From Scyliorhinus canicula (Eukaryota): 64,000 nt of DNA. Positions 36,901 through 49,275 of this stretch are shown piece after piece. The translations under genes were made by a program, and so were the position numbers. The stretch's first letter is position 1, and each line of letters opens with the position of its first letter. A model generated the notes under the pieces. The model saw only the letters and a list, made by a program, of their open reading frames with translations. It was not told the DNA's origin and did not search any database. The stretch covers positions 11,898,514-11,962,513 of the forward strand of contig NC_052174.1 in NCBI RefSeq assembly GCF_902713615.1, read 5' to 3'.

Positions 36901-39900
36901 CCAACAAGAGGAAACATCCTCTCCACATCCACTCCTGTGAACACCCCCTCAGGACCTTAAAGGTTTCGATCGAGGCGCCCCTCACTCTTCAAACTCCAGC
37001 GGATACAAACCCAACCTCTCCAACCTTTCCTCACCAGACAACCCGCCCGCTCAAGGGTAAACCCTCTCTGAACGGTTTCTAATACATTGACATCTTTCTT
37101 TGAATAACGAGACCAATACTGTCCACTATACTCCAAATGTGGTCTCACAGAGAGCACAGTGGTTAGCACTGTTGCTTCATGGCGCCAGGGACCTGAGTTC
37201 GATTCACAGCTTGGGTCACTGCCTGTGTGGAGTCTGCACGTTCTCCCCGTGTCGGCGTGGGTTTCCTCCGGGCGCTCCGGTTTCCTCCCACAAGTCCCGA
37301 AAGACGTGCTTGTTGGGTGAATTGGACATTCTGAATTCTCCCTCTGTGTACCCGAACAGGCGCCGGAATGTGGCGACTAGGGGCTTTTCACAGTAACCTC
37401 ATTGCAGTGTGAATGTAAGCCTACTTGTGAGAATAAAGATGATTAATTGTTAACTGAGGGAGAATGCCACGGAGACACGGGCACAACGTGCAGACTCCGC
37501 ACAGACAGTGACCCAAGCCGAGGATCGAACCTGGCGCTGTGAAGCAACAGTGCTAACCACAGTGCTACCGTGCCACTCATTATCGCCAATCGAGTGATTA
37601 ACAGATTTCTAATGAGATTGAGTGGTGTGGGAAAAGCGTGGGTGGGGGGGGGGGGGGGACACACACGGGGGGGGGGGGGGGTATTGATGTTGACAATCGG
37701 CCACAATCATATTGAATGGTGGAGCAGGCTCGAGGGGCCGAATGGCCTCCTCCTGCTCCAATCTAGCGAACTGAGCTGACCAGCCTCCTCCATCCAATGG
37801 GAGCAATCCATGAAGAGTTTTCCAAAAATATGTTTTTATTGAACGGTGCGAAACAATAAAACAGGAAGCCGGCGGGGGCAAGGTGGCACAATGGTTAGCA
37901 CTGCTGCCTCTAGGACCGAGGCCCCAGGTTCGATCCCGGCCCCGGGACATTGTCTGTGTGGAGTTTCCACATTCTCCCTGTGTCTGCGTGGGTCTCACCC
38001 CCACAACCCGAAGACGTGCAGGGTAGGTGTAGCGACCACGCTAAATTGTCCCTTAATTGTAAAAAAATAATTGGGTACTCTAAATTACAAAAAAAACAGC
38101 AATAAAACAGGAAAACAAACCAAAAACGACAATACCCCTACCCCCCAGAAGCCCCTCCCCCCAGCAGCCGAAGGTGACAAGCTCTTTAAAGTACAGATTA
38201 AACAGCTAATGGTAAGATTCTTGGTAGTGTGGTTGAGCAGAGAGATCTCGGTGTCCATGTACATAGATCCCTGAAAGTTGCCACCCAGGTTGATCGGGTT
38301 GTTAAGAAGGCGTACGGTGTGTTAGCTTTTATTGGTAGAGGAATTGAGTTTCAGAGCCATAAGGTCATGTTGCAGTTGTACAAAACTCTGGTGCGGCCGC
38401 ATTTGGAGTATTGTGTGCAATTCTGGTCGCCGCATTATAGGAAGGATGTGGAAGGATTGGAAAGGGTACAGAAGAGATTTACCAGGATGTTGCCTGGTAT
38501 GGAGGGAAGATCTTATGAGGAAAGGCTGAGGGACTTAAGACTGTTTTCGTTAGAGAGAAGAAGGTTAAGAGGTGACTTAATTGAGGCATACAAGATGATC
38601 AGAGGATTAGATAGGGTGGACAGTGAGAGCCTTTTTCCTCGGATGGTGATGTCCAGCACGAGGGGACATAGCTTTAAATTGAGGGGAGATAGATAGAGGA
38701 CAGATGTCAGGGGTAGGTTCTTTACTCAGAGAGTAGTAAGGGCGTGGAATGCCCTGCCTGCAACAGTAGTGGACTCGCCAACACTAAGGGCATTCAAATG
38801 GTCATTGAATAGGCATATGGACGATAAGGGAATAGTGTAGAGGGACTTTAGAGGGGTTTCACAGGACGGCGTAACATCGAGGGCCGAATGGCCTGTACTG
38901 CGCTGGAATGTTCTATGTTCTATCTTTTGTGGAACCCCTGAATTTCACCCCTTGTGGTGAAATTAATTTACTCAAGGATTAAAAACTCCAAAGGATCCCC
39001 CAGCCATACTGAGGCACTGGGTGGAGAGGCTGACCTCCTCTCCAACAGAACCCGCCTGCGAGCGATCAGCGAGACCTCCACTCCCGCAACGGTCTGCAGC
39101 TCCATCAAGAGATTAATGTAAGTGCAGAGGCCGAGATAGGGGAGCAATGCAGGTAATCTCGCATCAATCTCTTAGTCTCTTAGATGCAAATTGAATTAGC
39201 CAAATGCAAAAGAGCTAAGTGGGTTTGAAAACACAGGGCTTGCTGATGTAACAATTCCCCCAGGGCTGATTGGAAGAATCGCTGCACGGTCACAAACCCT
39301 TTAATAATGGATCACGGACCAATTACCCAGAAGGAAAAAAAGCAGTATTCTTATTTCCCCCTTTTACTGGTTTCTTTCCACTTTGGGTGGGCCGGGTTTC
39401 CCCCTCGGAGCCGTGAATCTGGAGCACCCCGGTTCAATCCCTAGTTTGAACACACGCCTCTGTTGCCGGCTATGGTGATATGCCTGTGAATACTATTGTA
39501 TTTAGTTAGCAATGCGACCTCCAACCAGCTGGTGGCATCAGAGGTCAGTCATATGACATCAGACTCTTGCCAGTTGGTAGTACGGGGTACAACAGGACAG
39601 TCGCACATAGGATAATTCCAGGAAAGTTCATGAAACTCAAATAGTAACTTAGTCTGTATAGTATTCTGTTTGTTACCTTTCCAGGTGTTAATCAATATAC
39701 ATCAATCTAGTTAAGTCACCAGCAGTTCTGTATGAAGACAAAGACAAGGTAACAGAACGTAACATGGTACCAGGAGTCTTGAACATTTGAAGGTAACAGC
39801 AGAAAAAACGAAGCCAGACCATCCGAAGAACGAAAAAGAGAAGATTCTTCCACCAACCTGGTTCGAGATGCAAGGTTTAAAGGCACCCCAGCAGCTTCAA

Positions 39901-42900
39901 GTCTCGGATAACGTAGACGAAAAGGGGCGCATTTTCAAACAGCAGCTTAAACTCTATGTCTCAGCCCTTGCCCTGCAGGCACTGCCTGACGAAAAGCACA
40001 TTGCATTGCTGCTCATGGTGGCAGGTCCATAAGCAATTGAAATCTACAATACCTTCGCTTCTGATAGCGAAGAGGAAAGCAAGAGCTACGATGAGGTGGT
40101 AAAGTACTTCGTTTGGCATTGATGTCCGAAAAAAATGAAAGATTTGATAGATATAGTGTTTAGTGTTTACCCAGAAACCAGGCGAATCTTTTGACAGTTT
40201 TGTAACTCACTTGAAGCTGAAGGCCCAGTCCTGCAATTTCAGTGATCGAAACTAAAAGTGAAGAAGTCCTTCTGAAAAGTCGTGACAATAGGAAGGACAA
40301 ACCTGATGCCATCGAAACCACATGGAAAACGTTAGCGTGGATGAACAACACTGGTAAGAGGCGACCTCGACATGGGAACGAGGGCCAACCTCCTCAGTCT
40401 GTCCAATTTGCACGGGCTGCACGTTAAGCCGAAAGTTGACGATCGACCGGGACTGCCGATACGCCACGGCGGGAAGGAGATTGGGGTGGGTGTAGCCATC
40501 CGGGATGGCCACTTACAAAGGAAACATGGACACTTGCAAAGACTCAAGGGAAATCTGGCCAATACAGGATTCAGGCAAACTCAGAGCCTAAATGTATATT
40601 TGCTGACAGAGAACCAGACAGTATGGAAACCCCCAGCCGATTTGCATTCTAATGGCCCATTTCCCCAGGACAAAGGACTGGTACTCAGGTATCAGATACA
40701 ATTCCAGACACATTGGCACCACTCCCTTCACCCAGGAAGCCCAAACAGCCAAGGTCAATGACCGCTCAGGACACACCCAGCCATCAAGGCACCCGCCCCT
40801 TTATTGGCTCAAATCGAAGGCAGTAATCGAAGCCTGGCGAATTATTGGCTCCAAAGCTAAGGACCGTTCAAAAGAGCGCGAAACCCCAAAGGATAAAGAG
40901 AGACACTGCACCGGCACTCTTTGGCCCGGCCTATACCTGAAGCCAACTGCAGCACCACGACCAGAAGCAAGTTCAAGATCAACGATCGCTACCAGACTGA
41001 TGAGCCCAGCAGAACCGAAGTTACTTCTCTTGACTCAGTCGCTTCAGATCCGAACAAAGGCCTTGTTCCTCTGCCAAAGCCTGGTGCCTGAAGTTAAGTA
41101 CAGGTTGTTGTAGTGTTAGGTATAATTTAGCTTGTAGTGTTTCATGTTGCAGGTGTGAGTTAAACTTGTGTGTAAATAAACTATTATTGAACTTGAACTA
41201 ACCGACTGGTTGTTGGGTCTTTGATCAATATCCGGTTGAACCTTGTGGTGGTATCATCTGATACCTGGAGACTCTGAAAGCAATAGCCTCATTAATAACG
41301 CTCATCTGACTCAAGTAGATACCCCAGACTTGGCAACATTATTGGCGTCTCCGAATAGGCAACATTATTGGTGATTCTGGTGGGATAGTATTCCACTCAT
41401 TAAAAGAGCAACATGGGTGAATGTGAGCTGCAGTCATTCGATGAGAAACAAGCGGAAGTCCAGGCGGAGGACGACAGATCGGATGAAGAGATGGAAGAGC
41501 CAAAGGTAAGTCCAGATTTCTGATTGACAGTCTTCAAGAAGGTGTATATACTCAGCGTTATAATGCAGGAGCATGAAATGCAATGCAGAAAGTAGAGACT
41601 CGGAGGGTGAGCCAGATGAGAACGACTATGAAATGCCAGTCAGGTTGTTTTGCGGGAGTGATGGGAAGCTGGATGAGGAAGACTTCGAAGCGCTATTCCC
41701 GTGGTTTGGCGGGAATGGCGAGGTGATGACAAAAAAACTGGCTCCAGAGGCATACTGAAGCACGCCAACCTGAGACGTCTCACCCGACGATCCGCACACT
41801 AATGCTCACACGGCGAAGGCCGGGGGGGGGGGGGGGCAAAACGGGAGCCACCAAACCCAAGCAAAAGAAGAGGAGCAGTCCCAAAATCAGTCGCAAAATC
41901 GTTCTCAAAACAAAAACGAGGAAGAGAAGGAGAGTGGGGGATACCACTGGGGCCCCACTGATGACACCAAGAAAGAAGGCGTCGACAGTGTGGCCGACAG
42001 AGAATACACAACGACGCGGCAGCAAAAAGCGTTGTGTACAGACACGAACAAAGCTGGCGACGCCAGGCATGCTCAGCAAGGATACAGGTCTTCTGAACAC
42101 ATCGCGTCAAAAGGATAAGGCACAAAAGGTCGGCACAGAAACCAATCTCCAGAAAGATGACAAGAGCACAGACGATCAGTGGGGTGATCATGTCGGAGAT
42201 GCACAAGGGATGCACTTAGCAAGCATATCATGTCAATGGAAGCATAGTTAAATCTGTATATACATATGTCTAAAATAATGATACCAATCATGGTTTGTGT
42301 ATGAATGTTAAATCTCCAAGGGGGATGTGGTGATATGCCTGTGAATAATATTGTACATAGTTAGCAATGCGACATCCAGCCAGCTGGTGGCGTCAGACAT
42401 CAGTCATGTGATATCCGACTCTCGCCAGTTGGTAGTAAGATGTACAACAGGATAGTCGCACAGAGGGTAGTTCCAGGAGAGTTGACGAAACTCAAATAGT
42501 AACTTGGTCTGTGTAGCATTCTGGTTGTTACCTTTCCACGTGTTAATCAATAAATCATCATTCCAGTTAAGCCATCAGCAGTTCTTTATGAATCATTGCA
42601 AAAACAAGGCAGCAGAGCACAATACCGGCCTGCCGGGAAGTGGGATTTTCCAGGCCGGGGGGTGGGGGGGTTCAGTTAGCCCGGAGATTGAGCAAACCTG
42701 GAGCGGGCATGTTAACGGGCCCACGTCCGACCGTCCCAAACACATCGGCCAGGGGACCTCCTCTTGGAAGTCGCAGCAAACGTCGATGGGATGGTCTCAA
42801 AACCACTTCAAAATCTAAATGCATTTCTCCTTCACCCGGCTGCTCCTGTTACCCCCAAGCCTCCCCTCGCACATACCCCCGGCCCACCCCCTTGACTGTT

Positions 42901-45402
42901 TAGCTGGCTTCACTCAAGAATCGAAGCGGCTTTTTAACGTGTTTATAAATACTTACACAGTTGTTCTCAGTATTTATAGACACTAAACGCTGGATTGCAT
43001 CCAGGAGCGCATTCACCTCCCAAGTAAATAATTTGAAGTCAGGCATGCTAATCTCTGCAAACATCTTAAACTGCAATTGAGAGAAAACGCAGTCGAACGT
43101 GCTTCTGTAATCGGAAACTGTTACCTGTTTGGCTCAGCTCTGGCTACAGATTGAAAACATTTTTGCCGTTTGTTGTTTTTTTTGAACATCAGCTCATTTC
43201 TAGACTTGTCGCAAATCCGATCTCTCGCTCGACAGCCTGTCAATTGGCAGAAGCCAAAGATTTGGCCGGTGCCCTGTACAACGGCGAGTTAGATTCCAGC
43301 CTTATCGTGGTTCATCTAGATACTAGTCATGCTTCAGTAACCCGTAATTTTCTGATGAACTGGGAAGTGGGGGAGGGGGGGGGAATAAAAAGGAGGTGAA
43401 ACCATTTTAACTGACCTTTGAAAATCGCTTCCCTCTCCATCCAGCTGCTGTTAAACACGATAGCCGCGCTGAGCCAGGTAAAACCTTTGAATATGTCAAC
43501 CTGTAAATAGCAGAGGGTCTGTTCTGGGCCTCGGCCACCCGTCCCCACACTCCCGTCCCTCCCTTTGGAGGGTAGGAATGAGGGCGTGACTTCTACACGC
43601 CACAATAACCCTTTCCTCAATTTGAGTGCGGAAGCATTTCATCACTTTCGAATTTGCCAGTAAAATCAAGCACTCATGTCAGTTATTTTTAGTGATGTGC
43701 TTCTGCGAGTTGTCATGCCAGAGTCGAGTGTGGATCAAAAGGAGACTGGCCAAAAATACCAAGCTCAGCCTGTGTTTATAACAGCAAACGGGATTATTAT
43801 TTGAATGATAAAATATAAAAACATGCCGCTGTGCAGAGAGACCTGGGTGTGCTCGTGCATGAGTCCCAAAAAGTTGGTTTACAGGTGCAACAGGTGATTA
43901 AGGAGGCAAATGGAATTGTGTCCTTCATTGCTAGAGGGATAGAGTTTAAGACTAGGGAGGTTATGCTGCAATTGTATAAAGTGTTAGTGCGGCCACACCT
44001 GGAGTATTGTGTTCAGTTATGGTCTCCTTACTTGAGAAAGGACGTACTGGCGCTGGAGGCTGTGCAGAGGAGATTCACTAGGTTAATCCCAGAGCTGAAG
44101 GGGTTGGATTATGAGGAGAGGTTGAGTAGACTGGGACTGTACTCGTTCGAATTTAGAAGGATGAGGGGGGATCTTATAGAAACATTTAAAATTATGAAGG
44201 GAATAGATAGGATAGATGCGGGCAGGTTGTTTCCACTGGCGGGTGAAAGTAGAACTAGGGGACATAGCCTCAAAATAAGGGGAAGTAGATTTAGGACTGA
44301 GTTTAAGAGGAATTTATTCACCCAAAGGGTTGTGAATCTATGGAATTCCTTGCCCAGTGAAGCAGTTGAGGCTCCTTCATTAAATGTTTTAAAGATAAAG
44401 ATAGATAGTTTTCTGAAGAATAAAGGGATTAAGGGTTATGGTGTTCGGGCCGGAAAGTGGAGCTGAGTCCACAAAAGGTCAGCCACGATCTCATTGAATG
44501 GCGGAGCAGGCTCGAGGGGCCAGATGGCCGACTCCTGCTCCTAGTTCTTATGTTCTCAGAAACCCTCCTTCACAATAGCGCGGTGCACACAATTTATGCA
44601 AGCCATGAAAATAGCCTGAACAGCTTTAATCTGCACTGTCTCCGAGGAATATTGGGCACCTCCTGGGAAGGCAGAAGGAAGTTCACCAGTGTGCGGGGAT
44701 TCTGGAGTCAGCGGCGACGCCAGTGGCTGGGCCTTGTGACCCAAACGGACGACGGCCGCGCCCCCAAATACCTGTCGAGCTTGCTGTCGGCACAGCAGGC
44801 TGCACATGCGCCTGGGGCCCATGGACGTCCGCACGTGAGACGCCAAGCCGAGATTGGAGCCGATACGAGGCACTTCCTCGCTGGAGATGGACAGTCAGGA
44901 AGGGCTGGGGGAAAGCAGAGGGGGAAGGAAATGGCCAGACGGCCAGATCTGTTCGAGGTCTATCCCATTTAGCACGGTGGTAGGGTCACACACACGAGGG
45001 AGGGTATCCTCAAAGTGAAGACGGGACTCTGTCTCCACAAGGACTGCGCGGTCGTCACTCCTAATGATATTGCCATGGACAGACGCATCTGCCACACACA
45101 AATCAGCCCCTACAGCCATGTTCAATCCAGAAGTACCTTTCCATTGTCCCTGGAGATGGACAGATGCCATTAAGAACATTAACATTAAAAAAAAAGTTGG
45201 AATACAGACAGCATGCAGTAAATTGCAAGTTAATCACTTGGCCCACATCCAATAGAGCTTTTTCCTGTTCGCATTTCTGTCTGTTGAATAGATTGTCCCA
45301 AAACCAGCCCATTGACTTCAACTTACCTGATGACGCGGGGGAAGATGGAGGCTCTTCAAACATCCGCAGGAGTGGGGTATGCAGGTTACTTTTGAAGTCC
45401 AT
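33734..45402 (-). CDS. TMEM272: TMEM272-like four-TM protein, copy B (175 aa)
   Basis: Exons 45327-45402, 36372-36422, 35220-35423, 33734-33930; same sizes (76/51/204) and phases as copy A; 528 nt open. Confidence 0.87.
34070..34905 (+). mobile_element. LINE fragment (34070-34575) followed by HE1 SINE (34577-34905)
   Basis: IYKAQVRNVMEYSPLAWMSA; SINE head and tail. Confidence 0.8.
35220..35423 (-). CDS. TMEM272-like copy B, exon 3
   Basis: AIYLDSCTKQYMIPIYLIVSGSTTIFFLMISLIPC...CDRLELLFSIIWFIA; AG/GT ends; 204 nt. Confidence 0.87.
35737..36063 (+). mobile_element. HE1-type SINE
   Basis: Full length. Confidence 0.9.
36372..36422 (-). CDS. TMEM272-like copy B, exon 2
   Basis: 51 nt, CMKLLTLILGIACITI(G); flanking intron sequence is similar to copy A. 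Confidence 0.85.
36590..37147 (-). mobile_element. CR1 LINE 3' fragment
   Basis: VRPHLEYSGQYWS..LETVQRGFT. Confidence 0.78.
37150..37575. mobile_element. Two SINEs in opposite orientation (37150-37445 +, 37465-37575 -)
   Basis: HE1 heads on opposite strands. Confidence 0.78.
37820..39110 (-). mobile_element. L1/Tx1-clade LINE 3' end interrupted by a SINE and a CR1
   Basis: 38925-39110 encodes LIARRRVLLERRSASPPSASVWLG; continues at 38100-38205 and ends near an AATAAA at ~37835. Confidence 0.55.
38207..38922 (+). mobile_element. CR1/HER1 LINE 3' end
   Basis: 155-aa ORF2 C-terminus; (TGTTCTA)n tail. Confidence 0.92.
39471..42624 (+). mobile_element. Non-autonomous Gypsy-type LTR element (no pol) in copy B intron 1
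   Basis: Diverged LTRs 39471-39764 and 42326-42624; TSD CCGGC; PBS TGGTACCAGGAGT 39765-39777; PPT AAGGGGGA; gag remnant FKQQLKLYVSA..KHIALLLMVAGP*AIEIYNTF. Confidence 0.88.
40491..41413 (+). mobile_element. Solo LTR nested in the LTR element
   Basis: TGTAGCCA...GCAACA ends, 4-bp TSD TGGG, AATAAA ~41175. Confidence 0.65.
43790..44557 (+). mobile_element. CR1 LINE 3' end
   Basis: Intact 211-aa ORF2 C-terminus plus tail. Confidence 0.92.
44560..44890 (+). mobile_element. RTE-clade LINE fragment
   Basis: LNSFNLHCLRGILGTSW..QRRRQWLGLV..DDGRAPK. Confidence 0.65.
45327..45402 (-). CDS. TMEM272-like copy B, first coding exon
   Basis: MDFKSNLHTPLLRMFEEPPSSPASS, donor AG|GTAAGT at 45326, acceptor at 45431. 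Confidence 0.8.
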
Positions 45403-45693
45403 GTCATCAGTCACTTCCTGTCCACTGCACCTACGATTAGGGGGAGGTGTATCCACATTAAACAGGTAACGAGTATCTTATTTTCACCCAACTAACTCAG
45501 TCATAGTCAAGACTCTTACCAGTTTAATTGACCAAAGGTCAATTTGCTTGGACCCCTTGGCCGAGCAGCCGCCATTTTCAGCTCACTTACAACTGCAAGC
45601 TAGCAATTCCGGGTTTTCTTAATTAGCGCGTCAGCTCCAGACATAATGAGATCCAGTTTTCAGGGTCACCTTTTTTTGGAAGTCAGATAACCC

Positions 45694-46295
45694 TGTCATG
45701 TGAGAGTACCTTTAAGAAATGGGTGTTTGAGAAATGTACCTTTAAGAAATGGAGCTGCTCATGTTACTGCAGTGATGTCAGAGTGTGGGTGGAGCTGAGC
45801 TCGACTTCTGCTTTTTAGTTTCAGTTTGAGAAAGCAGCTTGGGTGTGCCTGTGTTTTTCAGTGAGCTGCATCTGGAGTCAAACAAAGAGCTGTACTGTTG
45901 ATCTCTGCCATTTAACAGACTATCTATGGATCATTTGGTGAATTCAGAAGTATAAAAGTTCTCAATATTGAATGTAAACCTAATGTGCTCCTGTTTGAAG
46001 GTTTGTTAAGTCTTTTGGATGTTAAAAGGACAGCTTACAGGGTTACTTAGGGTTGTAGTCTTTGGGGTCGTATTTGAATTAATGGTTGCTCAGATGTTCA
46101 CTGTTTGTTTTGAAAAAAGGTTAACTTGCGTTCATAGAATAAACATTGTTTTGTTTTAAAAACGACTTGTCCATTTCTGCTGCACCACACCTGTAGAGTG
46201 GGCCGTGTGCTCCCCATACCGCAATCTATTAAAAGCTGTGGGTCAGGTGAACTCCATGATACACTTTGGGGTTCTCTAAACCCTGACCCATAACA
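45694..46295 (+). mobile_element. Solo LTR (602 bp)
   Basis: TGTCATG...CATAACA, TSD ACCC, TATAAAA ~45951, AATAAA ~46138. Confidence 0.8.
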
Positions 46296-46794
46296 ACCCC
46301 AAGGGAATAAAAAAAAAGGTCAAGAGGATAATGGAAAAAGGCAGCATCAAGAGGGGGAGAAACCAAAGCTAACCTTTCGAGTCCATCTGGCACTTCACGG
46401 GCAAGAGAATAAATGCCACATGACCTGCATGTTTAACATAGCTGGAAATTTGAAGCTTTGGTAGCATTTCCACTTTGCAGCAGCAATCTTTCAGCATCTT
46501 ATCTGACAAACATTATCTCCCACCCAGCCAGCACACTGGCCTGTTTCAGACAGGAGGACTGTTTCAGACAGGAAGCTACAAAGATCTAGACATTGACAGA
46601 GTAATACCCTTTGACGAGTAATACTTGTACCTTCTCTGCCATTAACGGCTGAATCATTGAATCGTGGAAAGCTTACACTGAAAAACAAAATGAAGGCCTC
46701 TCGGCCCACCTTGTGCTAGCCCAGTCTGATCCCACCTTCTAGCACTTGTTCAGTAGCCTCCCAGGTTACGGCGTTTCAGGTGCATATCCAGGCG

Positions 46795-48550
46795 CCTTTT
46801 TATTTAAAAATTGTATTGATTGAGGCTTCGCATTTTAGAGAATTACGCAATCAAATTACAAAGCGACAAGATAATACATGGCCATGAGCAAAATAGCTTA
46901 ACCTGCATGGGTACAGGACGGAACAGGAGATCAACTTCACAATCGGCTCGACTTAATCATCAGACAGAACTACACTCTTCTATGCCCCCACTAAAAACCG
47001 AGCGATAAAGTCACGAAGACACAATAAAATGGCGCACACCTTCCCATGCCGCAATCATTGCACTAAATCAGGACAAACGCCTTGCGACGTGATCGGGGGC
47101 ACTCCAGAGTACAACTCCCCCAGCCCCAGCATCGCCAAAGGCACCCGTGACCCATCACAGCCTCCTCTCCTCGGATATCGGACGGACCCATCTGCACCCA
47201 CGCAGGAGCCAAGCACGGATTCACCAACCCCACCCTTGCCGCAAGAACAGAAGAAGAGACACAAATACTCCAGTTCCAACGGGAGTTGCATACGTGCCGC
47301 GCAACGCAGCTTAAACCCCAACCCAGGCCCAGAGCAGGCCTAAATCATTCCCATATCCTCATGGAGAGGGGGCCGGCCACAGAATATTCGGATTACAATC
47401 GAATCACATCGGAGATCAAGAAGGAAAGGAGGACTCGAACCACCAGAATGAACCCGCCAGATCACGTACCAGTGTCACAAGGAAGGAGTAAGGAGCCTCA
47501 ATAGTGGATCAGGCCTTCAAGGCCTCCCAAAGGAGATAAGAGAAGGAAGAACAAGAACCGCCAGAACCAACCCATCAGATACCAAAAGGATCAGGACCCA
47601 TCCTATACCTCACTTTCCTGGTGTCCATCAAAGAAGAGAACAGGCCCCTCAGCCAACATGAAGCCCCCCCCCACCCTCAGGGGGATAACAGGATATCCAC
47701 CAAGTACAGAACCCGGCCTGCCCCCAGGCCCCCATGCACCCGGGAAGCAAAACCCAGCAAGCACTCCCGAAAAGGGACAACCCAGACTTCCAGGGGCAAC
47801 GGGAAGGACTGATTCCTGGGATAGCGGGACTGAGGATGGGATTGAGTGGGTTAGGATTGTACTCGCTGGGGTTCTGAAGAATGAGGGGGGGGGGGGGGAT
47901 CTCATAGAAACCTATAAAATTCTAAGAGGACTGGACAGGGTAGATACAGGAAGGATGTTCCCGATGGTGGGTGGGGGGGGGTCCAGAACCAGGGGTCACA
48001 GTCTGAGGATACGGGGTAGACCATTTAGCGCCGAGATGAGGAAAGATTTCTTCACCCAGAGAGTGGTCGGCACAGAAAATAGTTCAGGCCAAAACATTGT
48101 ATGTTTTCAAGAAGGAATTAGATACAGCTCTTAGGGTGAAGGGGGTCAAATGATATGGGGAGAAAGTGGGAATTAAGTAATTCAGTTTTGTTGATCAGCC
48201 GTGATCATAATGAATGGCGGAACAGGCTCGATGGGTCGAATGGCCTCCTCCTGCTCCTATTTTCTATGTTTCTCTGTCTAAACTAGCCAAGGGACCGGGT
48301 CTGGCATAGCCAAAGCACCACCCACAACACAAGAAACTCCACCCCAATAACCTACGCCCCAGCCAAGCCCGGATCCTTCCAACCCTGCCTGAGGCAATGC
48401 ACCGTCCCCACTCACAGTAAAAAAGCTGGGATAATGATTCCAACCCGAGCCAAAGGGGGCTCCAACACCGGGGAGAAGAACCACCAAGTCTCCCAGCAAC
48501 TGGGCGTCCAGGAGGGAGGGCCGATTCCCCAGATAAAGAAGAGAACAAGA
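46795..48550 (-). mobile_element. Degenerate LINE-like region with CR1 fragment (47880-48270, +)
   Basis: The CR1 part is clear (GDLIETYKIL..FFTQRVV). The surrounding A/C-rich sequence looks L1-like but is unresolved. Confidence 0.4.
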
Positions 48551-48552
48551 CG

Positions 48553-49275
48553 CTTGTGAGATACGTTGGGCTGAGTTCACCACACTCTGCAGCTTCTTGC
48601 GATCTTGGACCGAGCAGTTGCCATACCAGGCTGTGATGCAGCCGGATAGGATGCTCTCTATGGCACATTTAGAACAGAACAGCACAGAACAGGCCCTTCG
48701 GCCCTCAATGTTGTGCCGAACAATGATCACCCTACTTTAAACCCACGTAACCCGTATACCCGTAACCCAACAATCCCCCCATTAACCTTACACTACGGGC
48801 AATTTAGCATGGCCAATCCACCTAACCCGCACATCTTTGGACTGTGGGAGGAAACCGGAGCACCCGGAGGAAACCCACGCACACACAGGGAGGACGTGCA
48901 GACTCCACACAGACAGTGACCCAGCCGGGAATCGAACCTGGGACCCTGGAGCTGTGAAGCATTGATGCTAACCACCATGCTACCGTGAGGCCCCCACATC
49001 TGTAGACGTTTGTGAGAGTCGATGCAGACATGCCGAATGTCTTTAGCTTCCGTAGGAAGTAGAGACGTTGTTGGGCTGTCTTGACTGTTGCATCAATATG
49101 AGTGGACCAGGATAGTTGATGATAGTGACCCCCAGGAAATTAAAGCTATCGGCCATCTCCACTTCGGAGCCATTGATGCAGACGGGAGTGTGTGTCGTGC
49201 TGCGCTTCCTGAAGTCAATAATCAGATCCTTGAATTTGCTGACATTTAGAGAGACATTGTTTTCAGTGCACCAAG
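48553..49275 (-). mobile_element. Rex1/Babar fragment with nested HE1 SINE (48670-48990)
   Basis: WC.ENNVSLNVSK.KDLIIDFRK; IESILSGCITAWYGNC. Confidence 0.85.
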
